Shown here: in pieces, positions 36,687-48,000 of the stretch
Numbering within the stretch: the stretch's first letter is position 1
Layout: every line of letters begins with the position of its first letter
From: Bacteroidota bacterium
Lineage (GTDB): Bacteria > Bacteroidota > Bacteroidia > AKYH767-A > OLB10
Length of the DNA: 64,000 nt
Direction of reading: 5' to 3'
Assembly (NCBI GenBank): GCA_023251535.1
Contig: JAHEYP010000018.1
Span: forward strand, 7,759 to 71,758
The notes under the pieces: model-generated
What the model saw: the letters and a program-made list of their open reading frames with translations, nothing else
What the model was told of the DNA's origin: nothing
The model's database searches: none
Program-made: the position numbers and the translations under genes

Positions 36687-37667
36687 ATGCCTAAAGTCAC
36701 CATAGACGGCCATTCAATAGAAGTTCCTGAGGGAACAACCATCCTGCAGGCCGCACGAATGATAGGTGGAGATATCGTACCACCAGCGATGTGCTACTAT
36801 TCGAAACTAAAAACTAGTGGAGGATATTGTAGAACTTGTATCGTGAAAGTTACGAAGGGATCTGAAAAAGATCCTCGTCCGATGCCGAAGCCTGTTGCTT
36901 CTTGCCGTACTACCGTAATGGATGGTATGGAAGTGCAAAACACTACAGCCCCTGATCTTTTAGATGCAAGAAAAGGTGTGGTTGAATTTTTATTGATTAA
37001 CCATCCTCTCGATTGCCCTATCTGTGATCAAGCAGGCGAATGTCATTTGCAAGATTTAAGCTATCAACACGGACTCGCGAAATCACGTTATGAATTCAAA
37101 CGTCGCGAATTCGAGAAAATTGATATCGGTGATAAAATCAAGTTACACATGACGCGTTGCATCCTTTGCTATCGTTGTGTGAAAGTGGCCGATCAAGTTT
37201 GTGATAGTCGCGTGCATGGTGTGATCAATCGTGGTGATGTAGCAGAAATTTCTACTTATATAGAGAAAGCACTCGATAGCGATTTCTCAGGAAATGTAAT
37301 CGATGTTTGTCCAGTAGGTGCACTAACAGATCGAACCTTCCGATTCAAAAGTCGTGTGTGGTTTACAAAGCCTGTTGATGCACATCGTAATTGCACTAAA
37401 TGCTGCGGAAAAACAGTATTATGGATGAGTGGCGATGATGTGTTAAGAGTATCTGCACGAAAAGATAAATACGGTGAAGTAGAAGACTGGATTTGTAACG
37501 AATGCAGATTCGAGAAAAAATCGGCAAGCGATTGGACAATCGAAGGACCTCGTCATATCGATCGTACATCAGTGATTTCAGCCAACCATTATGAGAAAAA
37601 GAAAGCTTTGAAAATCGATGTGTCTAATCAATCGAAGATCGAAGAACGCGCTCATAATCCTAAATGA
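36687..37667 (+). CDS. nuoG: NADH-quinone oxidoreductase subunit G, short form (326 aa)
   Basis: N1b Cys motif, NHPLDCPICDQAGEC, RCILCYRC..CPVGAL; lacks most of the molybdopterin-like C-terminal domain. Confidence 0.92.
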   Translation: MPKVTIDGHSIEVPEGTTILQAARMIGGDIVPPAMCYYSKLKTSGGYCRTCIVKVTKGSEKDPRPMPKPVASCRTTVMDGMEVQNTTAPDLLDARKGVVEFLLINHPLDCPICDQAGECHLQDLSYQHGLAKSRYEFKRREFEKIDIGDKIKLHMTRCILCYRCVKVADQVCDSRVHGVINRGDVAEISTYIEKALDSDFSGNVIDVCPVGALTDRTFRFKSRVWFTKPVDAHRNCTKCCGKTVLWMSGDDVLRVSARKDKYGEVEDWICNECRFEKKSASDWTIEGPRHIDRTSVISANHYEKKKALKIDVSNQSKIEERAHNPK

Positions 37668-37700
37668 TCATAATAGTTAAAGTATAGCAAAAGCATTCAT

Positions 37701-38735
37701 ATGGAATTCTTTTTAATAAAGTTAGTATTGGTTTTAATCGTATTCTTGGTATCACTAGGAGTGGCGGCTTATTCAACCTATGCTGAACGTAAAATCGCTG
37801 CCTTTCTTCAAGACCGTGTTGGTCCCGATCGCGCAGGTCCTTTCGGTATTTTGCAACCGTTAGCCGACGGACTAAAAATGTTTATGAAGGAAGAAATCAT
37901 TCCTACACATGCCGATAAATTTTTATTTATCCTAGGTCCGTGTATCATGATGATGACAGCCAGCATGACAGGAGTAATAATTCCTTGGGGCCACGGACTC
38001 GAAATCAACGGGACGTTTTATCCTGTGCAAATCACCGATATCAATATCGGAATACTTTATGTATTCGGAGTAGTATCGATTGGAGTATATGGAATTATGA
38101 TCGGAGGATGGGCTTCGAATAATAAATATTCATTGATGGGTGCCATTCGTGCATCATCACAAATGATCAGCTATGAGTTAGCAATGGGAATGGCTATCAT
38201 CGCGTTGATCATGACAACAGGAACATTGAGCGTTCGTGAAATCGTTGAACAACAACACGGAATTCACTGGAATATTTTCACTCAACCATTAGGAGTAATA
38301 ATCTTTATCATTTGTGCTTTCGCTGAATGTAATCGTACTCCATTCGATTTACCTGAATGTGAAACTGAATTAGTAGGAGGATACCATACAGAGTACAGCT
38401 CAATGAAATTAGGGTTCTATCTTTTCGCTGAGTATATCAATATGTTTATCAGTTCTGCAATAATATCATCATTGTATTTCGGAGGATATAACTTCCCATT
38501 CATCGATCAATTAGGATTATCGCCTAATATGTTGTCAATGCTTGGTACACTTATCTTCTTCGGAAAAATCTTCTTCTTTATCTTCTTCTTCATGTGGGTA
38601 CGTTGGACAATCCCGCGTTTCCGCTACGATCAGTTGATGCACTTAGGATGGAGAGTAATGATTCCATTAGCAATTGTAAATATTCTTGGAACAGGAGTAT
38701 ACGTACTGTTTAAAAACGGACAATTACATTTCTGA
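37701..38735 (+). CDS. nuoH: NADH-quinone oxidoreductase subunit H
   Basis: ERKIAAFLQDRVGP, QPLADGLK, NRTPFDLPECETELVGGYHTEYS, PRFRYDQLM. Confidence 0.97.
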   Translation: MEFFLIKLVLVLIVFLVSLGVAAYSTYAERKIAAFLQDRVGPDRAGPFGILQPLADGLKMFMKEEIIPTHADKFLFILGPCIMMMTASMTGVIIPWGHGLEINGTFYPVQITDINIGILYVFGVVSIGVYGIMIGGWASNNKYSLMGAIRASSQMISYELAMGMAIIALIMTTGTLSVREIVEQQHGIHWNIFTQPLGVIIFIICAFAECNRTPFDLPECETELVGGYHTEYSSMKLGFYLFAEYINMFISSAIISSLYFGGYNFPFIDQLGLSPNMLSMLGTLIFFGKIFFFIFFFMWVRWTIPRFRYDQLMHLGWRVMIPLAIVNILGTGVYVLFKNGQLHF

Positions 38736-38784
38736 TAATCGAATTCATAAATAAGTTAGTAATCGCTATTAATAAACTCGAGTA

Positions 38785-39324
38785 ATGCAACTCACCAACC
38801 GATCAAAAGTTGTTGTCAACAAAGAGATGACCTTCGCAGAGAAGATCTATCTGCCGGCTATTTTAAGCGGGTTGGCTATCACAATAAAGCACTTATTCAA
38901 AAAGAGTGCAACAGTAAAATATCCTGAGCAAACTCGTCCCGTTTCTGAAAATTACAGAGGGATGCATGTGCTTAAGCGTGATGAAGAAGGACGTGAAAAT
39001 TGTACTGCCTGCGGACTATGTGCCGTAGCTTGTCCGGCAGAAGCAATTACGATGACTGCAGGCGAACGCAAAAAAGGAGAAGAACATTTATACCGTGAAG
39101 AGAAGTACGCAGAGATCTATGAGATCAATATGTTGCGTTGCATCTTCTGCGGACTATGCGAAGAAGCTTGTCCGAAAGAAGCTATCTTCTTAACAGATCG
39201 ACTTGTACCATCCGATTTTGTTCGCACTAATTTTATCTATGGAAAAGATAAGTTAGTAGAAGGAACATCACCGGAATTAAGAGTAGATGTATCAAAACGA
39301 ATTAAAGCACACCGTACATTATAA
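38785..39324 (+). CDS. nuoI: NADH-quinone oxidoreductase subunit I
   Basis: Two ferredoxin motifs CTACGLCAVACP and CIFCGLCEEACP. Confidence 0.97.
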   Translation: MQLTNRSKVVVNKEMTFAEKIYLPAILSGLAITIKHLFKKSATVKYPEQTRPVSENYRGMHVLKRDEEGRENCTACGLCAVACPAEAITMTAGERKKGEEHLYREEKYAEIYEINMLRCIFCGLCEEACPKEAIFLTDRLVPSDFVRTNFIYGKDKLVEGTSPELRVDVSKRIKAHRTL

Positions 39325-39389
39325 ATCCTTTTGAGGAACGGGAGGATGTATTAATTTCGCCTGCCGGTTCTCTTAAAAACCTTAAGACC

Positions 39390-39887
39390 TTGAATCCTAG
39401 CTTACCCTTCTTCGTACTTGCAACCCTTTCAGTGTTCAGCGCACTGATGGTGGTACTTTCGCGTAAGCCTGTACACAGCGTATTGTATCTGATATTTTGT
39501 TTTTTCACTATCGGCGGACATTATCTTTTATTGAACGCACAATTCCTGTTTGCGGTACATATCATTGTTTATGCCGGAGCAATCATGGTACTCTTCCTCT
39601 TCACGTTGATGTTCATCAATATGAATAAGGAACTAGAACCGCATAAATCAAATCTCTTAAAAGGAGCAGCTACTATAGCCGCCGGATGTTTGTTACTAGT
39701 ATTAGTAGCCGCAACAAAAGGAGCTGAAACACTGCCTGCCATTTCTAAAACATCTGACATTGGAACAGTGAGCAATTTAGGAAAGGCATTATACGGTCAA
39801 TATTTATTACCATTCGAATTAATCTCTATTCTTTTACTAACAGCAATGGTGGGAGCCGTTATGTTAGGTAAAAAAGATGTTGAGTAA
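39390..39887 (+). CDS. nuoJ: NADH-quinone oxidoreductase subunit J (TTG start)
   Basis: [32 protein letters not shown]. Confidence 0.93.
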   Translation: MNPSLPFFVLATLSVFSALMVVLSRKPVHSVLYLIFCFFTIGGHYLLLNAQFLFAVHIIVYAGAIMVLFLFTLMFINMNKELEPHKSNLLKGAATIAAGCLLLVLVAATKGAETLPAISKTSDIGTVSNLGKALYGQYLLPFELISILLLTAMVGAVMLGKKDVE

Positions 39888-39901
39888 AATATACTAAGAG
39901 C

Positions 39902-40222
39902 ATGAATTCAATTCTGCAAGTGATCCCGCTTAATTACTACGTAGCGTTAGCTGCCATCCTCTTCTCAATAGGAGTGATGGGAGTAATGTTCCGCAGGAAT
40001 GCCATCATCGTATTTATGTGCATCGAACTTATGTTGAATGCCGTGAATATGTTGTTAACTGCATTCTCTACTTATCATGGAGATGCATCAGGACAAGTAA
40101 TGGTATTCTTTATTATGGCGGTAGCCGCAGCCGAAGTAGCTGTGGGATTAGCAATTCTCGTAATGATCTACAACAATATCAGAACGGTAGACATTAATGA
40201 GTTAAATAAATTAAAATGGTAA
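39902..40222 (+). CDS. nuoK: NADH-quinone oxidoreductase subunit K
   Basis: [26 protein letters not shown]. Confidence 0.96.
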   Translation: MNSILQVIPLNYYVALAAILFSIGVMGVMFRRNAIIVFMCIELMLNAVNMLLTAFSTYHGDASGQVMVFFIMAVAAAEVAVGLAILVMIYNNIRTVDINELNKLKW

Positions 40223-40276
40223 TTCAAGGGATTATCCTTAACAAAATAGTTGTAAACTAAATCACGAACTAACCTT

Positions 40277-42169
40277 ATGGTTCAATTTGCATGGCTCATA
40301 CCAATGTTCCCTTTGTTGGGCTTCCTGTTAATTGGGTTGCTCAACAAGCGACTGCCGGTTAGTTTGAGCGGAGGAATTGCGACACTAATGGTATTCTTAT
40401 CATTTATAGTGTCGGCGGTAATATTTGGAGAAGTAGCACAGGACGGATCAGTGCCTGAGCGGGTAGTATTATTCGACTGGATTTCAGTCGGAGATCTTTC
40501 TATTCCATTCTCGTTTCTAATCGATCGCTTATCGGTGATCATGTTAATGGTAGTAACCGGAGTAGGGTCGCTTATCCATTTGTATTCGATAGGATACATG
40601 CATCACGAGCAAGATCATCCTAGATATTTCTCGTATCTCAATCTATTCGTATTCTTTATGTTATTACTCGTATTGGGTTCTAACTATATTGTAATGTTTG
40701 TTGGTTGGGAAGGAGTAGGATTATGTTCTTACTTACTCATCGGATTCTGGTTTAAAAACATCGATTACAGTAATGCTGCTAAGAAAGCATTTATCATGAA
40801 TCGTATCGGTGACTTAGGATTGTTATTAGGAGTATTCTTGATCTATACCACTTTCGGTAGCGTTGGTTTCCGTGAAGTATTTGAATCCGCAAGAAATTTC
40901 CCTGAGAATAGCGAAGCAATTACAGCAATCTGTTTATTGTTATTCGTTGGTGCAATGGGTAAGAGTGCGCAAATTCCATTGTACACATGGTTGCCTGATG
41001 CGATGGCGGGTCCTACACCTGTTTCGGCTCTCATCCACGCAGCAACAATGGTTACAGCCGGTATTTATATGGTAGTGCGTTCAAATGTATTGTATGTGCT
41101 TTCGCCAGATGCTTCTGAAATTGTAGCCTTCGTTGGATTAGCAACTGCATTCTTTGCAGCAACAATTGGTTTGAAGCAAAACGATATTAAAAAAGTATTG
41201 GCTTATTCAACAGTAAGTCAGTTGGGATATATGTTTGTTGCGCTTGGAGTAGGAGCATACCAAACTGCTTTGTTCCATGTTATCACGCATGCATTCTTTA
41301 AAGCATTATTATTCTTAGGTGCAGGATCTGTTATTCACGCGATGAGCGGAGAACAAGATATTCGCAGGATGGGAGGATTAAAGAAAGCATTGCCTATCAC
41401 ACATGCAACTTTCTTAATTGGAACATTAGCGATTGCAGGATTACCACCATTCGCGGGATTCTTCTCAAAAGATGAAATCTTAGCGAAAGTATGGGAGCAC
41501 TCTCCTGTTATGTTTATCGTATTAGCAGTAACATCTGTACTAACGGCTGTGTATATGCTAAGATTGTACTGGTTAACATTTTATGGTGATTTCAGAGGAA
41601 CCGAAAATCAAAAACATCACTTGCATGAATCTCCTGCAACAATGACAATGCCATTAGTAGTATTGGCAATATTATCGACTGTTGGTGGATTCATCGGTAT
41701 GCCTGAAGTATTTCACGCACCACATTTCTTGAATGAGTTTTTAGCTCCTGTGATTTGGAAAGTAAATCACCATGAAGCAAGCGAAACATTTGAATACATG
41801 TTAATGGGAATATCAGTTGTGCTATTACTGTTAATCATGTTTGCTACATATAATACTTATGTTACGAAGAAAGTGATGCCTGAAGAAAATGATAAAGACC
41901 TTCAAGGCTTTGCTAAATTGGTAGCAAATAAATACTACGTTGACGAAATTTATGAAGCGGTGATAACAAAACCGTTAAATGGAATTTCCTCATTCGTATA
42001 TAAATACATCGATCAAGGATTTATCGATAAATTGGTGAATGGAACTGGAACATCGTTAACAGGATTTAGCGGCGTGCTTCGTTTCGTTCAAACCGGAAAT
42101 ATCGGCGGATACATCTTCAGTATGGTCATCGGAATTATTGTGATATTAGTATTAACCATGATATTATAA
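40277..42169 (+). CDS. nuoL: NADH-quinone oxidoreductase subunit L
   Basis: GWEGVGLCSYLLIGFW, GKSAQIPL..WLPDAMAGPTPVSALIHAATMV, HAFFKALLF. Confidence 0.97.
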   Translation: MVQFAWLIPMFPLLGFLLIGLLNKRLPVSLSGGIATLMVFLSFIVSAVIFGEVAQDGSVPERVVLFDWISVGDLSIPFSFLIDRLSVIMLMVVTGVGSLIHLYSIGYMHHEQDHPRYFSYLNLFVFFMLLLVLGSNYIVMFVGWEGVGLCSYLLIGFWFKNIDYSNAAKKAFIMNRIGDLGLLLGVFLIYTTFGSVGFREVFESARNFPENSEAITAICLLLFVGAMGKSAQIPLYTWLPDAMAGPTPVSALIHAATMVTAGIYMVVRSNVLYVLSPDASEIVAFVGLATAFFAATIGLKQNDIKKVLAYSTVSQLGYMFVALGVGAYQTALFHVITHAFFKALLFLGAGSVIHAMSGEQDIRRMGGLKKALPITHATFLIGTLAIAGLPPFAGFFSKDEILAKVWEHSPVMFIVLAVTSVLTAVYMLRLYWLTFYGDFRGTENQKHHLHESPATMTMPLVVLAILSTVGGFIGMPEVFHAPHFLNEFLAPVIWKVNHHEASETFEYMLMGISVVLLLLIMFATYNTYVTKKVMPEENDKDLQGFAKLVANKYYVDEIYEAVITKPLNGISSFVYKYIDQGFIDKLVNGTGTSLTGFSGVLRFVQTGNIGGYIFSMVIGIIVILVLTMIL

Positions 42170-42176
42170 CAGCGGT

Positions 42177-43631
42177 ATGATAACACTTCTATTACTCCTC
42201 GTTCCGCTAGTTGCTTCATTGGTTTGCTTGATGCTCGATCAAGCAAAAGTGAAAATATTTGCACTTGGAACATCGCTCGTTAGCTTGGGCATTACAGTTT
42301 ATGCGTTTACGTTATTTAATAATGATATCGCCGATCAGTTTCTTGTAAACTACTGGTGGATTCAAGAATTAGGTATCAGCTTCAAAGCTGGTATCGATGG
42401 TATTAGCATTTTGTTAGTAGCATTAACTAATTTCTTGCTGCCATTAATTATCCTTACTTCTTTCCGCCACGATTATAAAAATGCTTCCACCTTCTATGCA
42501 TTGATGCTGTTTATGCAGTTTGCGTTGATAGGAGTATTTACTGCGTTAGACGGATTCTTATTCTATATCTTCTGGGAATTAGCATTGATTCCTATTTACC
42601 TCATCTGTTTAATGTGGGGAGGAAAAGATAGCGCAAGAATTACATTGAAGTTCTTTATCTACACATTAACAGGATCATTGTTGATGTTAGCGGGATTGAT
42701 TTATGTTTATCTACAAACACCGGGAGCTCATACATTCGATATTGATGCATTGTACAATGTAACATTATCGCCTGTCGCTCAGTCGTGGTTGTTCTGGTGT
42801 TTCTTTCTCGCATTCGCAATTAAAATTCCAATCTTCCCTCTTCATACTTGGCAGCCTGATACATACACTGATGCTCCTACGCAAGGAACAATGTTATTGT
42901 CGGGTATCATGTTAAAAATGGGTATCTATGGAATTATTCGTTGGATGCTTCCTATCATTCCTCAGGGATTGTCAGAATGGGGAAATACAGCAATGATGCT
43001 TTCTATTGCAGGTGTTGTATATGCTTCATGTATGGCATTAGTGCAAAAAGACTTCAAACGATTAGTTGCATATTCTTCTATTGCGCACGTTGGATTAATT
43101 GCTGCAGGTGTATTTGCTTTAAATCTACAAGGACTTCAAGGAGCAATGGTGCAAATGATTGCTCACGGTGTGAATGTTGTTGGTATGTTCTTCATTATCG
43201 ATATCATTCAACGACGTATGAAAACGCGTCAGTTAGATGAGTTAGGCGGTTTCGCAAATAACTCACCGATATTTACAATTCTATTCATGATTGTATTGTT
43301 AGGCTCTGTTGCATTGCCATTAACAAACGGATTTGTTGGAGAGTTCTTATTGTTGAATGGAGTATATCAGTATAGTGCGTGGATGGCTTTAGTAGGAGGA
43401 TTAACAATTATCCTCGGAGCAGTTTATATGTTACGCGCATATCAAAAAGTAATGTTGGGTGAACCTCATGCGAGAAGCGTTGAGTTTACTGGACTACATC
43501 AAACAGAAAAAATTGTGTTGGTAGCAATCGCTGCCGTAATCATAGTGACAGGAATTTATCCGAAACCGATCATTCATGTGGCAGGTCCGGCTATCGAAGA
43601 TATTCTCGCTCACGTTAAAGATATTTATTAA
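42177..43631 (+). CDS. nuoM: NADH-quinone oxidoreductase subunit M
   Basis: FYIFWE, AFAIKIPIFPLHTW, LKMGIYG, KRLVAYSSIAH, GFVGEF. Confidence 0.97.
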   Translation: MITLLLLLVPLVASLVCLMLDQAKVKIFALGTSLVSLGITVYAFTLFNNDIADQFLVNYWWIQELGISFKAGIDGISILLVALTNFLLPLIILTSFRHDYKNASTFYALMLFMQFALIGVFTALDGFLFYIFWELALIPIYLICLMWGGKDSARITLKFFIYTLTGSLLMLAGLIYVYLQTPGAHTFDIDALYNVTLSPVAQSWLFWCFFLAFAIKIPIFPLHTWQPDTYTDAPTQGTMLLSGIMLKMGIYGIIRWMLPIIPQGLSEWGNTAMMLSIAGVVYASCMALVQKDFKRLVAYSSIAHVGLIAAGVFALNLQGLQGAMVQMIAHGVNVVGMFFIIDIIQRRMKTRQLDELGGFANNSPIFTILFMIVLLGSVALPLTNGFVGEFLLLNGVYQYSAWMALVGGLTIILGAVYMLRAYQKVMLGEPHARSVEFTGLHQTEKIVLVAIAAVIIVTGIYPKPIIHVAGPAIEDILAHVKDIY

Positions 43632-43634
43632 GGT

Positions 43635-45020
43635 ATGAAGGCATTAATCGTTATCGCCTTGTTGGGTGTTGTTACAATGATGTCGGAGGTATTCCGATTC
43701 AAAAAACTACTCCTTCCATTAGTAGTTGTTGGCTTACTGGCAGCTTGCGGTTTAGCAATCGGCGACTGGAATACCGCTATTCGTTATTATAGCGATATGG
43801 TGTATTTCGACAATTATTCATTGGCATTTACATCGCTAATTATTGTATTAACACTATTATGGCTGATCATCTCTAAAGGCTATTTCGTATCTGATTCTAG
43901 TAGGGCAGAGCATGCTACATTGATACTTTTCACACTTTGTGGAGGTGTTATTATGACGGCATATTCTGATCTTTCGATGTTCTTCGTTGGACTTGAAATC
44001 CTTTCAATAAGTCTTTACGTATTGGCTTCAAGCAACAAACACGACCTCAAATCAAATGAAGCAGGGATGAAGTATTTCCTCATGGGCTCATTTGCTACTG
44101 GGTTTTTGCTGTTTGGAATGGCATTAATTTATGGTGCAGCTGCCTCATTTAACCTTGTTAAAATCGCTGAATATGTTCAAACTACAGCGGCCCACGGACA
44201 AACTCCTATGTTTGTATATACAGGAGTTTTGTTGATGATGGTCGGATTAATGTTTAAAGTTTCAGCCGCTCCGTTCCATTTCTGGGCTCCAGATGTGTAT
44301 GAAGGCGCGCCGACATTGATTACAGCATTCATGGCAACAGTGGTGAAAACAGCAGCTTTTGCAGCCTTTTATCGCCTTTTTAGTACATGTTTTGGTGATA
44401 TTTCAGGATTTTGGGCGCAAACGTTAGCGGTGATTTCTGCCGTAACTATGCTCACAGGTAACATCTTGGCAGTATCTCAAACCAGCTTAAAAAGAATGTT
44501 GGCATACTCAAGTATTGCTCATGCGGGTTATATGTTGATGGCAATCGTAGCGATGAATAAAATCTCGGGAGGAGCTATCTTCTTATATGCAACTGCTTAT
44601 TCCTTAGGTAGTTTAGGAGCTTTTGCTTGTCTTCATGCTATTAGCAAATACGGCGATGAAAGCATCGAAAACTTAAAAGGATTTGCTGCGGATAATAAAA
44701 TTTGGGCAGGATTATTGGGTGTTATTGTATTGTCGTTAGCCGGAATTCCTCCGGTGGCAGGCTTTTTTGCCAAATATTACATATTCTACGGCGTATTTCA
44801 GTCGAATTTCACTTGGCTAGTACTCGTTGCTATTCTTTCTTCATTAATCGGCGTGTATTATTACTTCAGAATCATCATAACGATGGTTCAACCTCGCTCG
44901 GAAAAGGCAACTGTTTTACCGGCATTAACAGGAGCGCATAAAGCACTTTTGTTGATTTCGGCGCTATTGGCATTGGGAATTGGAATATACCCTGCATTTC
45001 TTCAAGGACTTCTCTCTTGA
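43635..45020 (+). CDS. nuoN: NADH-quinone oxidoreductase subunit N
   Basis: EAGMKYF, FKVSAAPFHFWAPDVYEGAP, KRMLAYSSIAHAGY, SLAGIPP..GFFAK. Confidence 0.97.
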   Translation: MKALIVIALLGVVTMMSEVFRFKKLLLPLVVVGLLAACGLAIGDWNTAIRYYSDMVYFDNYSLAFTSLIIVLTLLWLIISKGYFVSDSSRAEHATLILFTLCGGVIMTAYSDLSMFFVGLEILSISLYVLASSNKHDLKSNEAGMKYFLMGSFATGFLLFGMALIYGAAASFNLVKIAEYVQTTAAHGQTPMFVYTGVLLMMVGLMFKVSAAPFHFWAPDVYEGAPTLITAFMATVVKTAAFAAFYRLFSTCFGDISGFWAQTLAVISAVTMLTGNILAVSQTSLKRMLAYSSIAHAGYMLMAIVAMNKISGGAIFLYATAYSLGSLGAFACLHAISKYGDESIENLKGFAADNKIWAGLLGVIVLSLAGIPPVAGFFAKYYIFYGVFQSNFTWLVLVAILSSLIGVYYYFRIIITMVQPRSEKATVLPALTGAHKALLLISALLALGIGIYPAFLQGLLS

Positions 45021-45021
45021 T

Positions 45022-45055
45022 TTTGAGAATGTAAGACGTATTTTTTTTACCTTTG
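45022..45055 (+). promoter_or_regulatory. Bacteroidetes primary-sigma promoter for the second adhesin cassette
   Basis: TTTG at 45022-45025 and TACCTTTG at 45048-45055. Confidence 0.55.
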
Positions 45056-45080
45056 TAGTATTCACTACTACCAACTGAAA

Positions 45081-48000
45081 GTGGACTTTATTCTGCTTTT
45101 AGAAACTATTATGATTCGAATTATACACAAAGGTCCTATTCGTAGGTTCATGAGTTTGTCATGGACATTCATTGCTTTGTTGCCGTTATTATTTTCTACC
45201 TCACTTTATGCTTCAAATTTTGTGAAAGGTGATAATACTTTGCAACCTCCTCCAATCACTTCGTTGAATTTCATCACATCCGATTTTAATGGATACGGTG
45301 TTTCATGTAATGGAAGTGCAGATGGCTCCATTGACTTAACAGTGATAGGTGGCGTTGCTCCTTACACTTATGTTTGGTCGAATGGAGAAGTAACAGAAGA
45401 TATCTCTGGATTAATTGCTGGAACATATACAGTAACCGTTACCGATTTTAATGGCGACATCCTAAGCAGTAGTGCAGATATAACTGAACCCGATGTAATA
45501 CAACTTTCATCATCGTTAACAGATGTATTATGCTTCAATGGTAATTCAGGAAGTATTGATCTTACTGTTACCGGTGGAGTGGCAGGTTATAGTTATCTAT
45601 GGAGCAATGCTTCTTTATCGGAAGATATTTCATCTCTCGTTGCAGGAGATTATAGCGTAACAGTTACCGATGCGAATAATTGTACCGCGCAAAGTACTTT
45701 TACTATTGCAGAACCATCTGAATTAATTCTTTCAGCTACAGTATCTGATATTACTTGCTTTGGTGGCAATGATGGAACAATTGATTTAACTGTTACCGGA
45801 GGTACTTCAAATTATACTTACGAATGGAGTAATGGAGAAGTGTCAGAAGATTTAATAGATCTCATAGCCGGCGATTATACAATAACAGTTACTGATGCGA
45901 ATAACTGTATCGTCAACGAAGTGTATACTTTAACAGAGCCAACGATTATCAACATTCAAGGTGCTATATCAAACGTTAGTTGTTTCAATGGAACAAATGG
46001 CGGAGTGAATATTACCGTAACCGGAGGTACAGGAGCATATACTTATCTGTGGAGTAACGGAGCAATTACAGAAGATCTTTCAAGTTTAATAGCCGGTACC
46101 TATACCGTTACAGTTACTGATGCAAACAATTGCACTTCTTCTAATTCATTTACTGTTTCTCAACCTGCATTGCTAAACCTTAGTGGAGCAGCATCTGCAG
46201 TAACTTGTTTTGGCGGATCAAATGGATCAGTGAACATTACTGTCTCAGGAGGAACAACAAATTACTCTTATCAATGGAGTAATTCAACGTCGAGTGAAGA
46301 TTTGACAAATGTCGTTGCAGGAACGTATACTGTTACTGTAACTGACGCTAACAATTGTACAGCTACTAACGGTTACGTAGTAACGCAACCAACAGCATTA
46401 GCTCTTTCTGGTACGGCTACAAATATTCCTTGTTTCGGTGGAACAAACGGTTCTATTAACTTAATCGTTTCTGGTGGGACAACTACTTACTCTTATTTGT
46501 GGAGTAATGGAGCTGTAACTGAAGACTTGTCGGCATTAAGTGCTGGTTCTTATACTGTAACTGTTACTGATGCGAACAACTGTACTTCTAACAGATCATT
46601 TACAATTACTCAGCCATCGGCAATAAATATTTCGGGTATTACAACCGCAGTGGCTTGTAATGGAGCTTCAACAGGAGCTGTGAATATTACTGTTGCCGGT
46701 GGAATCCCAGCTTATACTTATCAATGGAGTAACTCAGCATTTACTGAAGATATCTCAAATGTTGCGGCTAATACATATACAGTAACTGTTACTGATGCGA
46801 ATAACTGTTCTTCTAACAGATCATTTATTGTAACGCAGCCTACAGCAATAAATATCTCAGGTGTTACAACTGCCGTAGCATGTAACGGAGCATCTACAGG
46901 AGCTGTGAATATTACTGTTTCCGGCGGAACTCCTTCTTATACTTATCAATGGAGTAATTCAGTTTTTACAGAAGACATTACGAATGTTGCAGCAGGAAGC
47001 TATACTGTTACTGTAACTGATTTCAATAATTGTACTGCTACTAACGTTTATACTGTAACACAACCAACCGCGTTGAATCTTTCAGGTTCTGCAACTGCAG
47101 TAAGTTGTTTCGGCGGGACTAGTGGTTCGGTAAATATTACTGTGAGTGGAGGTACAACAAACTATTCGTTTTTATGGAGTAATGGTGCTAGTACAGAAGA
47201 TTTATCAAGTGTTGCTGCAGGAACATACACAGTAACCGTAACTGATGCAAATAACTGTACTATCTCGAATTCATTTACAGTAACGCAACCAACGGCACTT
47301 TCCGTTTCCGTGAATACTACAGCTGGTTCTTGTAATTTAGCAAATGGTGCTGCCGCTGCAGTGGTAAACGGTGGAACTCCTACTTACAGTTATCTGTGGA
47401 ATACTGGAGCCGTAACATCTTCAATTTCTAATTTATTAAGTGGAACTTATACTGTTACTGTTACTGATTCAAAAGGCTGTACTTCATCAAATTCAGGAAC
47501 AGTGAGCAACTCGGGATCTTTAACAATTTCTCCAATTGTTGTGACCAATGTTTCGTGTAATGGAGGATCAAATGGAGCAATTGATATTTCAGTTTCTGGT
47601 GGTGTTGGTCCTTATACTTACTTGTGGAGTAATCTCGCTTTAAGTCAAGATATCTCAGGATTAACTGCAGGAACTTATTCTGTTACTGTGACTGACTTGA
47701 GCTTATGTGTTACTACTGCATCTGCTGTTGTAACTCAACCTTCTGTAATCACTTTAACGCCTACAATTTCGAATGTGTCGTGTAACAACGGTGCAAATGG
47801 AAGTATTCAGTTATCCGTTAACGGCGGAACTTCTCCTTACTCTTTCTTGTGGAATACAGGTTCTGTTAGTCAGAATGTCTCTTCTCTCGCAGCAGGTACA
47901 TATACTGTTACTGTTACCGATTTTAATAACTGTACAATTACTCAGTCGTTTACAATTACTCAACCTACTGCAATAAGTGCAACGGCATCTTCTACACAAG

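Noticed and set aside
29080..45081. crt-nuo block as an invertible or composite mobile element bounded by the mirrored cassettes
   Set aside because: No recombinase or transposase, no DNA-level inverted repeats seen at the junctions, and the cassettes are highly diverged
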